Positions 1-9,910 of a DNA stretch of 64,000 bases are shown piece by piece (the stretch's first letter is position 1; every line of letters starts with the position of its first letter). Source of the stretch: an uncultured virus (IMG/VR IMGVR_UViG_3300031787_000074) (taxonomy: Duplodnaviria > Heunggongvirae > Uroviricota > Caudoviricetes); IMG/VR virus record IMGVR_UViG_3300031787_000074, one strand, 5' to 3'. Below the pieces are notes generated by a model. It saw only the letters and a list, made by a program, of their open reading frames with translations. It was not told the origin of the DNA and did not search any database. The position numbers and the translations under genes were made by a program.

Positions 1-27
1 AACCTGTGCAATTAAAAGACTGCGTTG

Positions 28-840
28 TCATGATTGGTACTGCACAATCAGTTGGTTGCCCTGACAATAAACACCAGTAACTATAGAACCATAATAGGTT
101 TGAGGGCAACAGGCCATAGGTGTCTCTGTGCCGTCGCTGCCGTCCGCTCCGTCTGAACCATCGTCTCCTTTTATATTTGTATCACGAGGCCCCCAGTTTC
201 CATTCTTTTTCTTATAAACATCACCTCTACCAACATTTCCGTAAACTCCTGACCCTAGATAAGTTTCTCCTCTGTTTAGGTAAAAGTCGTTGTCTCTACC
301 TATTGAGTTTGACGGAGGACCGTAACCGGATAGCCAGATACTTGGCTTGGGCACACCAAATTTAAAAGTAAGTACGCTGCCACACTTGTCTTCAGACGGA
401 TACTTATCTCTTTTCTTAACAGAGGCTGTAGGTATCTCAGCAGCTGGTAGAGAAGAAGCTGAAGCTTCAAAGTCAAAATCTGGACAAGGCAGCGATAGGC
501 TTATCTGAAAATCATTGTCGTATTCGCATATGGACGAGCTAGAACTTTTATCAAGATTTACTATGAATCTTGGATTTGTAGCTTTCTTGGAGTATTCAAT
601 CTTTGACCCTGTGACGTTTAGATTGACTCTAGGGCAGGGTCCGTCCAGACCAGGCAAGCCTGCAACTCCGGCTGGCCCTACAGGGCCTATCTGCGGAAGG
701 TCTATGTCTAAAACAGGGCAGTCCATTATAGGGGGCGGAATAAACGGTATTTCGCAGTCATCAACATAGGCAAAGGCATCAGCCGGTATTGCTGCTATGG
801 ATGAGATGCTGCATTTGCTTGTGTCAAAAATAGCTGGCAT
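28..840 (-). CDS. Collagen-like tail fibre/appendage protein
   Basis: 270 aa. Gly-X-Y runs (GPVGPAGVAGLPGLDGP; KGDDGSDGADGSDG) and a WLSGYGPPS..G..NDFYLN...GDVYKK segment of the kind seen in phage collagen-like fibres. Distal end of the tail operon. Confidence 0.6.
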   Translation of the reverse strand: MPAIFDTSKCSISSIAAIPADAFAYVDDCEIPFIPPPIMDCPVLDIDLPQIGPVGPAGVAGLPGLDGPCPRVNLNVTGSKIEYSKKATNPRFIVNLDKSSSSSICEYDNDFQISLSLPCPDFDFEASASSLPAAEIPTASVKKRDKYPSEDKCGSVLTFKFGVPKPSIWLSGYGPPSNSIGRDNDFYLNRGETYLGSGVYGNVGRGDVYKKKNGNWGPRDTNIKGDDGSDGADGSDGTETPMACCPQTYYGSIVTGVYCQGNQLIVQYQS

Positions 841-860
841 GTCTGGTTTCCTCAGGATAC

Positions 861-1877
861 TTACGCAGGGCAGCCAGCTAGTCCGTGACTGTCGCCTGAT
901 ATGATTATCGTGTGCGCGTCGTTTCCTGGTTTTACCTCAACTCCTTGTCCGCCCACTATCCGCACTACCTTACCGCTAACTCCGTTTATTGATTGAAATA
1001 TTTCTTTGCAGGCGGGTCCGCCTGTGTAGAACAAGCCTCCGTCTGGAGAAACTTCTTCTGGATAAAATTTAAACTCAGAACAAGGCTCTCCTTCTCCTGC
1101 GCCTACTTCTCCACCTATTGTCATGGAATTATCGTTAGAGTTTAACCTGAGGGTGCAGTTGAATCCTGGTTTTATTTTAACGTCTCCAAACAAGCACTCA
1201 GACTGCACATACACTAAATCGTCTACAGGCTCTACGTTGTCGCATCCAGCGACATTTGTTACCACGGTCCTAGACCTGTTAGCCACGTTTATTGTTCTAA
1301 CGTAGCCATCTGACAAATTTTGAATCAAAGCAGGCTCTACGTATATACCTTTAGTATTGTCAGCTACGGATTCTCCGTCAGGAGCCGCGTCAGCATAAAG
1401 AATAAAATTTTCTCCAGACTTGTGCAGCAAACCGTCATACACGGTTTTCCAAGTCAAAATAGTAGTGGGTATAAAAGAAAGATCGGCATAAGCCAGCTTT
1501 CCTATAACCATGAAGCCTTCCCATTTCACATCGTCGTTGCAGTACCCTTCCACCTGCGACTGCGTAAGATACTCTTCAGAAACAATCTCGTTTGAAAATT
1601 GAGTAGCGTATTCAGGATCGCCAGTTCTGAACCTAAAAACCAAAGACTTACCAACTAATCCTGGAGCATCGCATTTAAAATGAAAAGTATAGTCGTCAGA
1701 AACTTTAGTTATTTGGTACAGCCATACTTTATGCGTTCCTGGAACAAACCCAGAGTTAGCCCGCATGGTACAGCCAAAGTCCACTATGGCTTTGTTTGAT
1801 AGAACAAAAGCTCCAGAGTCCTTTACAAAAGGATAAGCCCTAAACTCGTTATCAGAATAAAAACCTGCTCTGCTCAT
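861..1877 (-). CDS. Baseplate/tail-appendage protein, paralogue family member
   Basis: 338 aa. N-terminal NEFRAYPF and C-terminal SINGVSG motifs shared with neighbouring genes; Cys-rich. Confidence 0.55.
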   Translation of the reverse strand: MSRAGFYSDNEFRAYPFVKDSGAFVLSNKAIVDFGCTMRANSGFVPGTHKVWLYQITKVSDDYTFHFKCDAPGLVGKSLVFRFRTGDPEYATQFSNEIVSEEYLTQSQVEGYCNDDVKWEGFMVIGKLAYADLSFIPTTILTWKTVYDGLLHKSGENFILYADAAPDGESVADNTKGIYVEPALIQNLSDGYVRTINVANRSRTVVTNVAGCDNVEPVDDLVYVQSECLFGDVKIKPGFNCTLRLNSNDNSMTIGGEVGAGEGEPCSEFKFYPEEVSPDGGLFYTGGPACKEIFQSINGVSGKVVRIVGGQGVEVKPGNDAHTIIISGDSHGLAGCPA

Positions 1878-2647
1878 TAGTTTCCTCCCAGCTGCTGACC
1901 GGCCAGTTCGATTCTTATCGAGTTTCCTCCGGCTTCTGGGTAAATCCTAAGAATAGTGTCTGCTGCTATTTCGTTATTAACAGATAGCTGGAAGTCTCCG
2001 TAGCTGTTTGGCGGTATGTTATTTATTGTCTTTACAAAATTAGGAGTTGTGAAGAACTCTGTGCTTGAGCACAGCTTTCTTTTAAAGAGCGGATCACCTA
2101 TCAAATCTATTCGTATAGAGTCGTCAGTGTCTTGCCTGACAGCTACTCCATTTTCTCCAACAAGCCAGATGTCGCCTGTAACCACCGACCCGTCTGGAAG
2201 CAAAAATCCACTAACGTGATTTTGTGGCATAGGTATTACGGTAGAAGCCACAAACTCGGCGTTTATACCAAAGTCATGATCTCCGCTTTGCCAACTTTGA
2301 AAAACAGACAGTCTTTGTTCATCACTAACTATTATTCCCGCAGACCTTCCGTGTTTGTCGTAGAGAGGAACTTCTCCCACATCTCCAAGAGGGTCGAATG
2401 TTCCTGTTATTAAAACAGTGCCTGACGAGTTTCCTATAGTTAATATAACTTCCCGTATTTGAACTGATATTTTTTTAAGATACATAGGAGACGCTAACCC
2501 AGCAGGGTATATGGCAGCGTCCAAAAAAATATCTTTGGGTAGGTCGTATCCGGTGTCTGCTTTAAGGCTTGAGGAGTCAGAAAACGGATATCTGGTATCA
2601 GCCAGCTCGTCCCTATACTCAAGACCAAAGACTCTTTCTACTGACAT
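1877..2647 (-). CDS. Baseplate/tail-appendage protein, paralogue family member
   Basis: 256 aa. ELADTRYPF and KTINNIPPNSYGDFQL motifs; stop overlaps the next start (TAATG). Confidence 0.55.
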   Translation of the reverse strand: MSVERVFGLEYRDELADTRYPFSDSSSLKADTGYDLPKDIFLDAAIYPAGLASPMYLKKISVQIREVILTIGNSSGTVLITGTFDPLGDVGEVPLYDKHGRSAGIIVSDEQRLSVFQSWQSGDHDFGINAEFVASTVIPMPQNHVSGFLLPDGSVVTGDIWLVGENGVAVRQDTDDSIRIDLIGDPLFKRKLCSSTEFFTTPNFVKTINNIPPNSYGDFQLSVNNEIAADTILRIYPEAGGNSIRIELAGQQLGGN

Positions 2648-2659
2648 GGCTGTCTCCGG

Positions 2660-4894
2660 TCATGCCTTCTCAATGTGAAAATAAGAAAACAGGGCAGGGC
2701 TCTTGTCTGACCCTACGCCAGAAACACCAACAGCTTTACCGTAAAGTGACGTTTGCGTAGTGACGGTCATCAGCCTTTCTGCTGAGGATGTATCTTCAAG
2801 AGCTACATTTATTTTTGCAGACTCGCTGTCTTCTCCAGGCTTTACTGACACAGACAGCCTGTACCATTTGTTCTTTTCTATCTTTATTTCAGAGGACGAA
2901 CTTATTGGGTAAGCAGACTCCCCCGATATCTTTGAAATATTTACCTTTCCGTTCTCTTGGTCTAGTTCTACAAAAATGAACTCGTTATTTTTTGTTTCCA
3001 AATTAAACTTACTGTTAAGGACTATTCCGGCGTTGCTGCCTTCTTCAGGTATCAATATTTCTGAAGATATTAGTAAATTACTTGAAGATGTGTAACCGCA
3101 GTCGTGCCACAATGCTGAATTGAAATAAGTTGTGCTCAAAGCTCTATAGACAGTCTCCATAGACAAGAACCCAGAGTCTATCTCTGGAGGCTTTACTGTG
3201 TTGAATTCTCCTGAGTCTATGTACCACTTATCCGCAGTGTCATTGTTGAAATACAAAGTCACAGGTAAATCTTGACAGTCAAGAGTTATTACAGAAACAC
3301 TTTCGTCTAACAAAGCGGCAGGTGTTGGAGTTGTCGTAGGCTTAGGTTCCCACTCTATGCTCATCTGGCCAGCAGGGTCGCAAGGCTTGGTCATGTCTGC
3401 AATAGCCGGGCAGTCATTATGAGTTGATAGCCTGACAGAAAGAGAAGTGCTGTGGTCATTTATAGCGTAAAGCTCAACTTTAAAAGTGCTGTTAGATTTA
3501 AAAGCGGTTCCTCCAAATTTTTGATTTATTTCTGTACTCTTTCCGTATTCAAGTTTAACTTTTTTAGAAGTAAAAATAAGCCTTTCTTTTAATGAGTCAA
3601 ACAAGACTCTGTAGACCTTAACGTATATACGAACTTTTTTATATATTTCCAGAAGAGTCCCAGACGGTAGACTTACTTTAAAATAAAAAAACCAATTACT
3701 TACAGGTAAATTAAAATCATGAGGAATAGGGTTAGGATCGCAAGGCACGTTAGAACAAAACTGTAGAAAAGGGACATCCCCGCAATCAGTGTATGTATGT
3801 ACATACGTTTCTAACTTTATTTCTTTTTTGGGGGCTATAGCTTTTTCGTAATAGCTTGGACCTCCCGGACAACAACAGTCTGCCCCAGGAGGACAGTCGC
3901 ATCCGTGATAGCTTACTCTGCCATATTCGCCTATATGCCCAAAAGGCCTACCGGGAAGAAGTGGATAATAATGTCTGACTAGTTCACACTGAGGGTCTTT
4001 ACTTCCTCCAAAATCTCCTGCGTCATCTGGAAGTCTGTTGGTAGCCGCGCAAGTATCTATAAGACCCAGCGGGTAATCTACGGCTATTCCTCCTATTTCA
4101 TTTTCATCTTCATCAACATATTTGGCTGTTTCAAAAGGTTCTTCAAATATTATGTTTATATTCCCTGCGCAGTCTGGCACAGCAGAGTTTATGAACTGAA
4201 TACCTTCCTTGTTGCACGTGTTGCTTTCAGGTCTTCCAGAGCAACTACCTCTGTACTTATCAAATACGTTAGTGTTAGGGTCTTCTTTCAATGCGACGAC
4301 TATGGCTTGCCTTTCTATCCCGTCTATTAACTTTGTTTGTTTTGTTATTGATACATTGGTTCCTTCCTTTAGCTCTATCAGACCTTTAAACAATATGGAG
4401 CTATTTACTTTAGACAAAGAAGTCACGGGAAAGTTAGAATAGAACCTAGAAGTTTTTGGATTCAAAGACGACTGGCTAGAACTACTAAACCTTCCGCTAT
4501 ACTCAGTGTTGGTGCCTTCTCCAAATACTATCCAGCCGCCAACTCCTTCGCTGAGAGGATTGACAGAATAAGGCTTACCTATCTGAAGAGGTTTTTTTAC
4601 AGTCACGGCACAAACAGGAGAATACGTTTCTACGGCTACAGGTTGATCTGTGTCTGAATAGTTGGCCGGATGCTTTACTGCCACAAGAGTAACTGTTACT
4701 AAAGTTTTAGTTACGTTTACGCCGCTGACCATTACCAGTGAGCCTAAAGACTTCGGCAGCCTAAGATTTATATCTGTAATTATAGTGTCAGACATGTTGA
4801 CGCCGTTGTCGTCAACGCCCGTGACTCCATCGTCCAGAGGATACTGCCTGGTCGAATTAAGGTTATACCAGTTGTTGTTTACAACCGAACCCAT
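2660..4894 (-). CDS. Tail-appendage/putative receptor-binding protein with C-terminal beta-sandwich (lectin/ConA-like) domain
   Basis: 744 aa. NWYNLNSTRQYPL and FINSAVPDCAGNINI family motifs, central Cys cluster, PKPTTTPTP linker, beta-rich C-terminus (KNKWYRLSV...LFSYFHIEK). Confidence 0.5.
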   Translation of the reverse strand: MGSVVNNNWYNLNSTRQYPLDDGVTGVDDNGVNMSDTIITDINLRLPKSLGSLVMVSGVNVTKTLVTVTLVAVKHPANYSDTDQPVAVETYSPVCAVTVKKPLQIGKPYSVNPLSEGVGGWIVFGEGTNTEYSGRFSSSSQSSLNPKTSRFYSNFPVTSLSKVNSSILFKGLIELKEGTNVSITKQTKLIDGIERQAIVVALKEDPNTNVFDKYRGSCSGRPESNTCNKEGIQFINSAVPDCAGNINIIFEEPFETAKYVDEDENEIGGIAVDYPLGLIDTCAATNRLPDDAGDFGGSKDPQCELVRHYYPLLPGRPFGHIGEYGRVSYHGCDCPPGADCCCPGGPSYYEKAIAPKKEIKLETYVHTYTDCGDVPFLQFCSNVPCDPNPIPHDFNLPVSNWFFYFKVSLPSGTLLEIYKKVRIYVKVYRVLFDSLKERLIFTSKKVKLEYGKSTEINQKFGGTAFKSNSTFKVELYAINDHSTSLSVRLSTHNDCPAIADMTKPCDPAGQMSIEWEPKPTTTPTPAALLDESVSVITLDCQDLPVTLYFNNDTADKWYIDSGEFNTVKPPEIDSGFLSMETVYRALSTTYFNSALWHDCGYTSSSNLLISSEILIPEEGSNAGIVLNSKFNLETKNNEFIFVELDQENGKVNISKISGESAYPISSSSEIKIEKNKWYRLSVSVKPGEDSESAKINVALEDTSSAERLMTVTTQTSLYGKAVGVSGVGSDKSPALFSYFHIEKA

Positions 4895-6660
4895 TACGGC
4901 ACCTTGAGGTACGTAGTGTTTGAAATTATTCCTTTAGGTATCACAGTTCCGTTTGTTCTAGCTGTCAGCTGTATAGTCACAAAATCAGAATCAGTTATAG
5001 GATGCCCAGGAGTGTGCGGTATTTTATAATCCGCGTACAGAGGACCGCTGTAAACTATTTCTTGTTTTCTTTTGTAATTAGTCGCGTAATAGTCCGTGTT
5101 GTTCTCATACTTCACATGCAATGACTTCATGTTCACAGAGTAAGGGTTAGGATCGTCGACTAGTTTTATTGAGAAGCTGCCTATATCTGTAAAGGTAGTA
5201 CTGTTTAATGCCCCAGCAGCTCCTGTTGTGCTTTCAGACGGTATGTAGGTAACGATTCCCTTGTCGGCAAATCTTGCTTGATCTATGAAACCTATCCAAG
5301 CTCCAAAGTTTCCTCCTATTAGTCCTATGAAAGCTTTAGTGACAAAGTTTCCGTTAGGAGCGTCTAGTAGAGGAATTTCTCCTATCCAAGTAAGGTCTTG
5401 GCTCTTGTAGAAAGATATATCGAATTTTACTTGAGCCAACCTTTGTTGGTTTATGGCGTTCCACTCCACATAATGGTTTGGCCACTCTCCTCCTATGGAA
5501 TAGCTAGTAGGTTTGTTGCCTTTACCGTCATATATAAAAAGGCTGTCTGGATTAATTCTTCCAACCAAGTCAGTCGACCCTGAAAAGTCTAAGTTTACTT
5601 TTACTGTACTTTTGCAAGCTTCTGAAGAGTTACACAGACCAAAAGCCACTTTGGCGCAAACGCTGTCTTTGAACCTGTACGGTATTACAGATATGCTCAA
5701 AGGGCTGTAGCTGTCTCTACATAATTTAAATTGCTCAAGCCTGGCCACATTAGACGAATGATTAGTCCGAACTCTAGCCGCTGCCTCGCTTATTGTTTTA
5801 TATATCTCATGAACTTTCTTTAGAGCTCTATACGTGTTAACGAAATCGTCGCAAGAACAACAAGGCAGGCAGTTGTTTCTAAGGCTGAATCCGTTGTTGT
5901 TTCCTATAAGTATTTTCTTGTTTTCTCCTGTTCCAGATGTTGTGCCAGTTCTTGCTGTCCAAAAGCAGTCTTTAGCTTGAACCACGAAATTCCCATTAGC
6001 GTCTGGTCCAACACCGTTTATTCTTTTCAACTCAGCGTAAGTATCTACGCATCCTGGGTATTGTCCTTGCCCGTACCCTGGCACAGCTTCAATGTATACT
6101 TTGTTTACCCTAGCTTTTCCTGCGGTTGTTACTGTTTCGGTATTATCTAGTTTGAAGTTATAGCCTGCTACAAACTCAACAGCGTTTTTTATAGTGTTAC
6201 CGTTTACTATCAGACTAGTTACAGTTTTTGGTAAAAGCTCAGAAACCCTTTCGTCCAATATCGCGTTTTCTGGCTCTATGAATGAAGGGTAAGAAATTAC
6301 GTCTTCCAAGTCATGTTGGCCATTATGCTGCACTATTCTGCATATTGCGTCTTCTGCTTTCCACTCGTGAATTGTAAAACGGTCTGACCAAGTATCTACT
6401 CTATATTCAGTCTCATCTGATACGAATACCGTAGAGCCGTTAGCGTCTACTACCCAGACCTCCGCTCTTTCTTCTGAAGGAGGCTGAGTTATATTTAGTA
6501 CTGTTTTTATTTTTAAAGGTAAGACCGCGCTTTCTACGTTATGACACAAGTACATATCGGCCAAAAGCCGTGGCATCTCTGCGACTTCATGAATAAATGG
6601 AAAGTGCTGCCCGTAAGGGTTAACGGCTATTCCATATCCTCCTTCCGCAACGACGCCCAT
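4894..6660 (-). CDS. Baseplate/tail-appendage protein, paralogue family member
   Basis: Start moved to ATG 6660 (AGGAG upstream, TAATG overlap with the HNH stop). KRINGVGPDANGNFVV and NCLPCCSCDD motifs. Confidence 0.55.
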   Translation of the reverse strand: MGVVAEGGYGIAVNPYGQHFPFIHEVAEMPRLLADMYLCHNVESAVLPLKIKTVLNITQPPSEERAEVWVVDANGSTVFVSDETEYRVDTWSDRFTIHEWKAEDAICRIVQHNGQHDLEDVISYPSFIEPENAILDERVSELLPKTVTSLIVNGNTIKNAVEFVAGYNFKLDNTETVTTAGKARVNKVYIEAVPGYGQGQYPGCVDTYAELKRINGVGPDANGNFVVQAKDCFWTARTGTTSGTGENKKILIGNNNGFSLRNNCLPCCSCDDFVNTYRALKKVHEIYKTISEAAARVRTNHSSNVARLEQFKLCRDSYSPLSISVIPYRFKDSVCAKVAFGLCNSSEACKSTVKVNLDFSGSTDLVGRINPDSLFIYDGKGNKPTSYSIGGEWPNHYVEWNAINQQRLAQVKFDISFYKSQDLTWIGEIPLLDAPNGNFVTKAFIGLIGGNFGAWIGFIDQARFADKGIVTYIPSESTTGAAGALNSTTFTDIGSFSIKLVDDPNPYSVNMKSLHVKYENNTDYYATNYKRKQEIVYSGPLYADYKIPHTPGHPITDSDFVTIQLTARTNGTVIPKGIISNTTYLKVP

Positions 6661-7166
6661 TACTTCTCCTCGTTTGTATACCTCTTGAGCCAATTACAGT
6701 TAGCGCACAGCAGCTGATAGTTTTCAGGATTCTTGAGCACCTTTCTATACCTTTGCAGAGAGTTAGCATTCCTTCTTTCCTTGGAGCCTCCTCCGGCTAT
6801 GTGGTCTATGTGCAGCACGTCTCTTAACGATATTCCGCAAGACTTGTTTGCACACTTTCCTCCCAACAGCTCTATGACTTTTGCTCTCTCTGCCGCGCTC
6901 CTTTCCCTGAACGACTTACTCTCTACCCTTCTTTTTTCTTGCCTAATTTTTTTAAAGTCTTCCAGCTGCGTTCTCTTTAAGATTGCCCTGCTCCTGTCTG
7001 ACATGCCTCCTCTTCTTTTTGGTATTTTCTTTATGCTCAAGCATACTTTGCATGTCTTCTTGTAATTGATTACTCCCCTGTATGTAAAAGTATCAAACTC
7101 AGACAGCGGTTTTTCTTTATTGCATACATTACAACGGGGCGCTGGAACTTTCGCATCCTGTGTCAT
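6660..7166 (-). CDS. HNH endonuclease (free-standing, homing-type)
   Basis: 168 aa. CNVC...KPLSEF...CKVC zinc finger, then GGKCANKSC...LHIDHI...QLLCANCNWLK HNH core; strongly basic. Confidence 0.85.
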   Translation of the reverse strand: MTQDAKVPAPRCNVCNKEKPLSEFDTFTYRGVINYKKTCKVCLSIKKIPKRRGGMSDRSRAILKRTQLEDFKKIRQEKRRVESKSFRERSAAERAKVIELLGGKCANKSCGISLRDVLHIDHIAGGGSKERRNANSLQRYRKVLKNPENYQLLCANCNWLKRYTNEEK

Positions 7167-8097
7167 TTAGCTTGCTCCCCAGGACTGTGGTAGTCATGGC
7201 TGTCACGCTACCATCAAGCCTGCTGATGTAGTTACTTAGACTCAGGGCAGAATTTTGCAAAGACTGCAAGTCATTTGTTACGGCCTCCAGCTCTTGACAA
7301 CCACAACAAGGTTTTGAGTAAAGATCGTTTACTTGAAGCCCGTTAACTTTTGCGTCTAGGCTTACATTCGTGTCAGTCTGGAGAGTAAAGTTTCCTTCTG
7401 GAGTAGGCGCTATTCCGTTTATTGTTCTTATGCAAGGAGATTGAGATGCTTCATCGGTACAGACGCAGTCTTTTGTAAGACCCTCTCCGCTAACGGCATC
7501 AAATCTTATTTTTGGAGCATCTGTTCCTTGCTGAGAATAGGTTAAGGATACATTCGTTCCAGCTATAAGTTCTATTGCCCCAGTAAGCTTTTCTGATCTG
7601 TCGTTTCCATTCACTAAAGTTATTGAAGTGACGCCTCTTATTATTGGCCGGATACAGTCTGTATCTAGCTTACCGCCAGAGTAGTCAAAAAAGTATTGCC
7701 CAGCAGGCAGAGCTTTTATTTCTTCTAGTTTTCCAAAAACTATTTTACCAACAGAGTCTGAATAACTATCTATTCCTACTAACGCGTAGCTCTTGTTTTC
7801 TGTATGCGCGGAAAAAGCCATAGACGTGCTGGCTACGGCGGTTACTGAATTGTTGCTTCCTAAGTATCCCAAAACCAAAGTAAGCCCTGTGCTGAACATG
7901 GACATGGAGTAAATAAAGAAATTTTCAGGAACTACGTTTACGCCGGCATTTACAGGAAAGTATAAAGATAAAATTATCGTGTCTGGGATACGAAATGACG
8001 AGCTCTGATCTAGCTTTGTGGCGCTGTCAGCTAAAGGATAACTTCTTAGGGCATTGGCATTTAGCCACTCTAAACCCCATACTGCTGGTGATGGCAT
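7129..8097 (-). CDS. Baseplate/tail-appendage protein, paralogue family member
   Basis: 322 aa. EWLNANALRSYPL, RTINGIAPTPEGNFTL and KPCCGCQELE followed by a coiled-coil-like segment. Confidence 0.55.
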   Translation of the reverse strand: MPSPAVWGLEWLNANALRSYPLADSATKLDQSSSFRIPDTIILSLYFPVNAGVNVVPENFFIYSMSMFSTGLTLVLGYLGSNNSVTAVASTSMAFSAHTENKSYALVGIDSYSDSVGKIVFGKLEEIKALPAGQYFFDYSGGKLDTDCIRPIIRGVTSITLVNGNDRSEKLTGAIELIAGTNVSLTYSQQGTDAPKIRFDAVSGEGLTKDCVCTDEASQSPCIRTINGIAPTPEGNFTLQTDTNVSLDAKVNGLQVNDLYSKPCCGCQELEAVTNDLQSLQNSALSLSNYISRLDGSVTAMTTTVLGSKLNDTGCESSSAPL

Positions 8098-8105
8098 TTG
8101 GCACC

Positions 8106-9902
8106 TTAAGCTGAGTACAACACGGCTACGGCATCAATTATTCCTATCTCTCCCAAATACCCGTCTGTAGCACTTCTCTCTACAGTAAACAGTACTTCAG
8201 CCGACTCTGTTACCACAATAGCCGCAGTTTCAACTTCCTTGTATTGTCCTGAGGTTATTGTCACAGAGACGCTGCCGTGAATAGTGTCAGAGGTTGGAAG
8301 AGCCGTGGCAGCCACAGGCCTGGGCAGTAGCCTATAAGATACATTTAGACTTGGAGAGCCTGAAGCGTCTCCATATAGCCACAGTCTTAGTTTTATCCTA
8401 GGGTTGGTTGGAAAGTTGCTAGCGCCAGGCATTCTAAACTTATACCTGACTGATGATGTTTTTTCGGCTTGAAACCCTAGGTACATTATTTCAGATTCAT
8501 ATCTTTCCTTAGCGTCTATTACTCTGACTACTTGAGGAGTTATGAATCTTTCAAGGCCTTCAACATCAGCACGTATGCTGACTACCCCTTGGTGAACTGT
8601 GTCTGAGTCTCCATTTACAAAAGAGTGAGTGCTGGTGATGACCACAGAGTCGTCAGCGGCTATTAGCCCTTCTGTGACGTAACCCCTTTTAAACTTATTG
8701 TTAACTATGTTTTTTAGCGCCAAGCTACCAGATACATTTTCCTGGTCTATCTGATAAGTGCTATCAAACTTTAATATTACGTCGCCAGCGGTGACGTTGT
8801 TTCCGTCTTGATCTACTACCCTTATTGGAGTGGCGTCGTTGTAAGGCCTTATGCTTGTTACTACAGAGCTGTCGTTACCGTATCTAACTTTAGAAAAATA
8901 AAGTACAAGCTTGCTCTCAGCGTTTCTTGGACACTCTGGGTAACTTGTAGCGCTTTGAACAGAAGAAGAGCTGTAGTATTCTTGCCACGGAGCCTCTCCG
9001 TTACAGTTGCTCATCCACCATATGCCATTCCTGTCGACAATAACTAAACCGTTAGGTCCGGTAGGCACCTCTAATCCAAAATTTTGTAACGCTGCTCCTA
9101 TCTCTAAATCCATAAAAACAGTCAACGACGCACTAGATTCAGGAAGAGGCGGCCAGAGTGGAGCCAGCTTTGTGTCCTTATCTAGGTTATAACCGAAAGC
9201 CGATCCGTACGGAGCCAGGCCATTAAAAACTTCATGGTCTGCTGGCAGCCAACCCATTAAGTCAGGGTCTGGAGATGTGATTACAGCCCTATCCGCTCCA
9301 TTAACGTTTTGTACGGTAGCCGTACCGGCTGGCTTCATGTAAAGCTCAGCCTTGTAATGAACATGCGCCTCTAAAAGATTTTTAGATTGAATGCTTACGT
9401 AAACAACGCCATTTCCGTCAGCGTACAGTACTGATATTGATAAGCCTGGAGACTGTTTTAGTATTTTTCCAGCTTCCTGTCCTGATAAATAATACCTGCC
9501 TGGAGTTACAGACCCTACTACCGCTGGAGATATGTCTAACGATACTTTTCCTGAAAGAACAAGCGTGGCAACAGTAGCTGAAGCCTTGCTGTACACAACT
9601 CCAACAACTTCAGTTCTGGAGGTTGTTTCGAACGAGCCGTTTGTTGTTGAGTAGACCTCAGCCAGAGCTTTCTCAAACCTCTGGTTGGCCACATTCCAAT
9701 AAACAGCGTTGCCTACAACAACGGTCTCGTCCACGGCCACATCAAACGCAAACGTAGCTTGTCCGTTGTCTATGGCGTCTATTCTATCTTTAAGATATAC
9801 AGTCCTATCTGCCAAAGACCTGTCTGGACGCCCAGAGATATTTGCGTCTACGCGTTCGCCGTCTTGAATAAATTTTACGTTGTCTGTCCAGTTTCCAGCC
9901 AT
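8106..9902 (-). CDS. Virion structural protein (tail/baseplate-associated)
   Basis: 598 aa. N-terminal DGERVDA...LADRTVYLKDRI resembles tail-fibre attachment segments; beta-rich; lies in the tail operon. Confidence 0.5.
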   Translation of the reverse strand: MAGNWTDNVKFIQDGERVDANISGRPDRSLADRTVYLKDRIDAIDNGQATFAFDVAVDETVVVGNAVYWNVANQRFEKALAEVYSTTNGSFETTSRTEVVGVVYSKASATVATLVLSGKVSLDISPAVVGSVTPGRYYLSGQEAGKILKQSPGLSISVLYADGNGVVYVSIQSKNLLEAHVHYKAELYMKPAGTATVQNVNGADRAVITSPDPDLMGWLPADHEVFNGLAPYGSAFGYNLDKDTKLAPLWPPLPESSASLTVFMDLEIGAALQNFGLEVPTGPNGLVIVDRNGIWWMSNCNGEAPWQEYYSSSSVQSATSYPECPRNAESKLVLYFSKVRYGNDSSVVTSIRPYNDATPIRVVDQDGNNVTAGDVILKFDSTYQIDQENVSGSLALKNIVNNKFKRGYVTEGLIAADDSVVITSTHSFVNGDSDTVHQGVVSIRADVEGLERFITPQVVRVIDAKERYESEIMYLGFQAEKTSSVRYKFRMPGASNFPTNPRIKLRLWLYGDASGSPSLNVSYRLLPRPVAATALPTSDTIHGSVSVTITSGQYKEVETAAIVVTESAEVLFTVERSATDGYLGEIGIIDAVAVLYSA

Positions 9903-9910
9903 TACTCACC

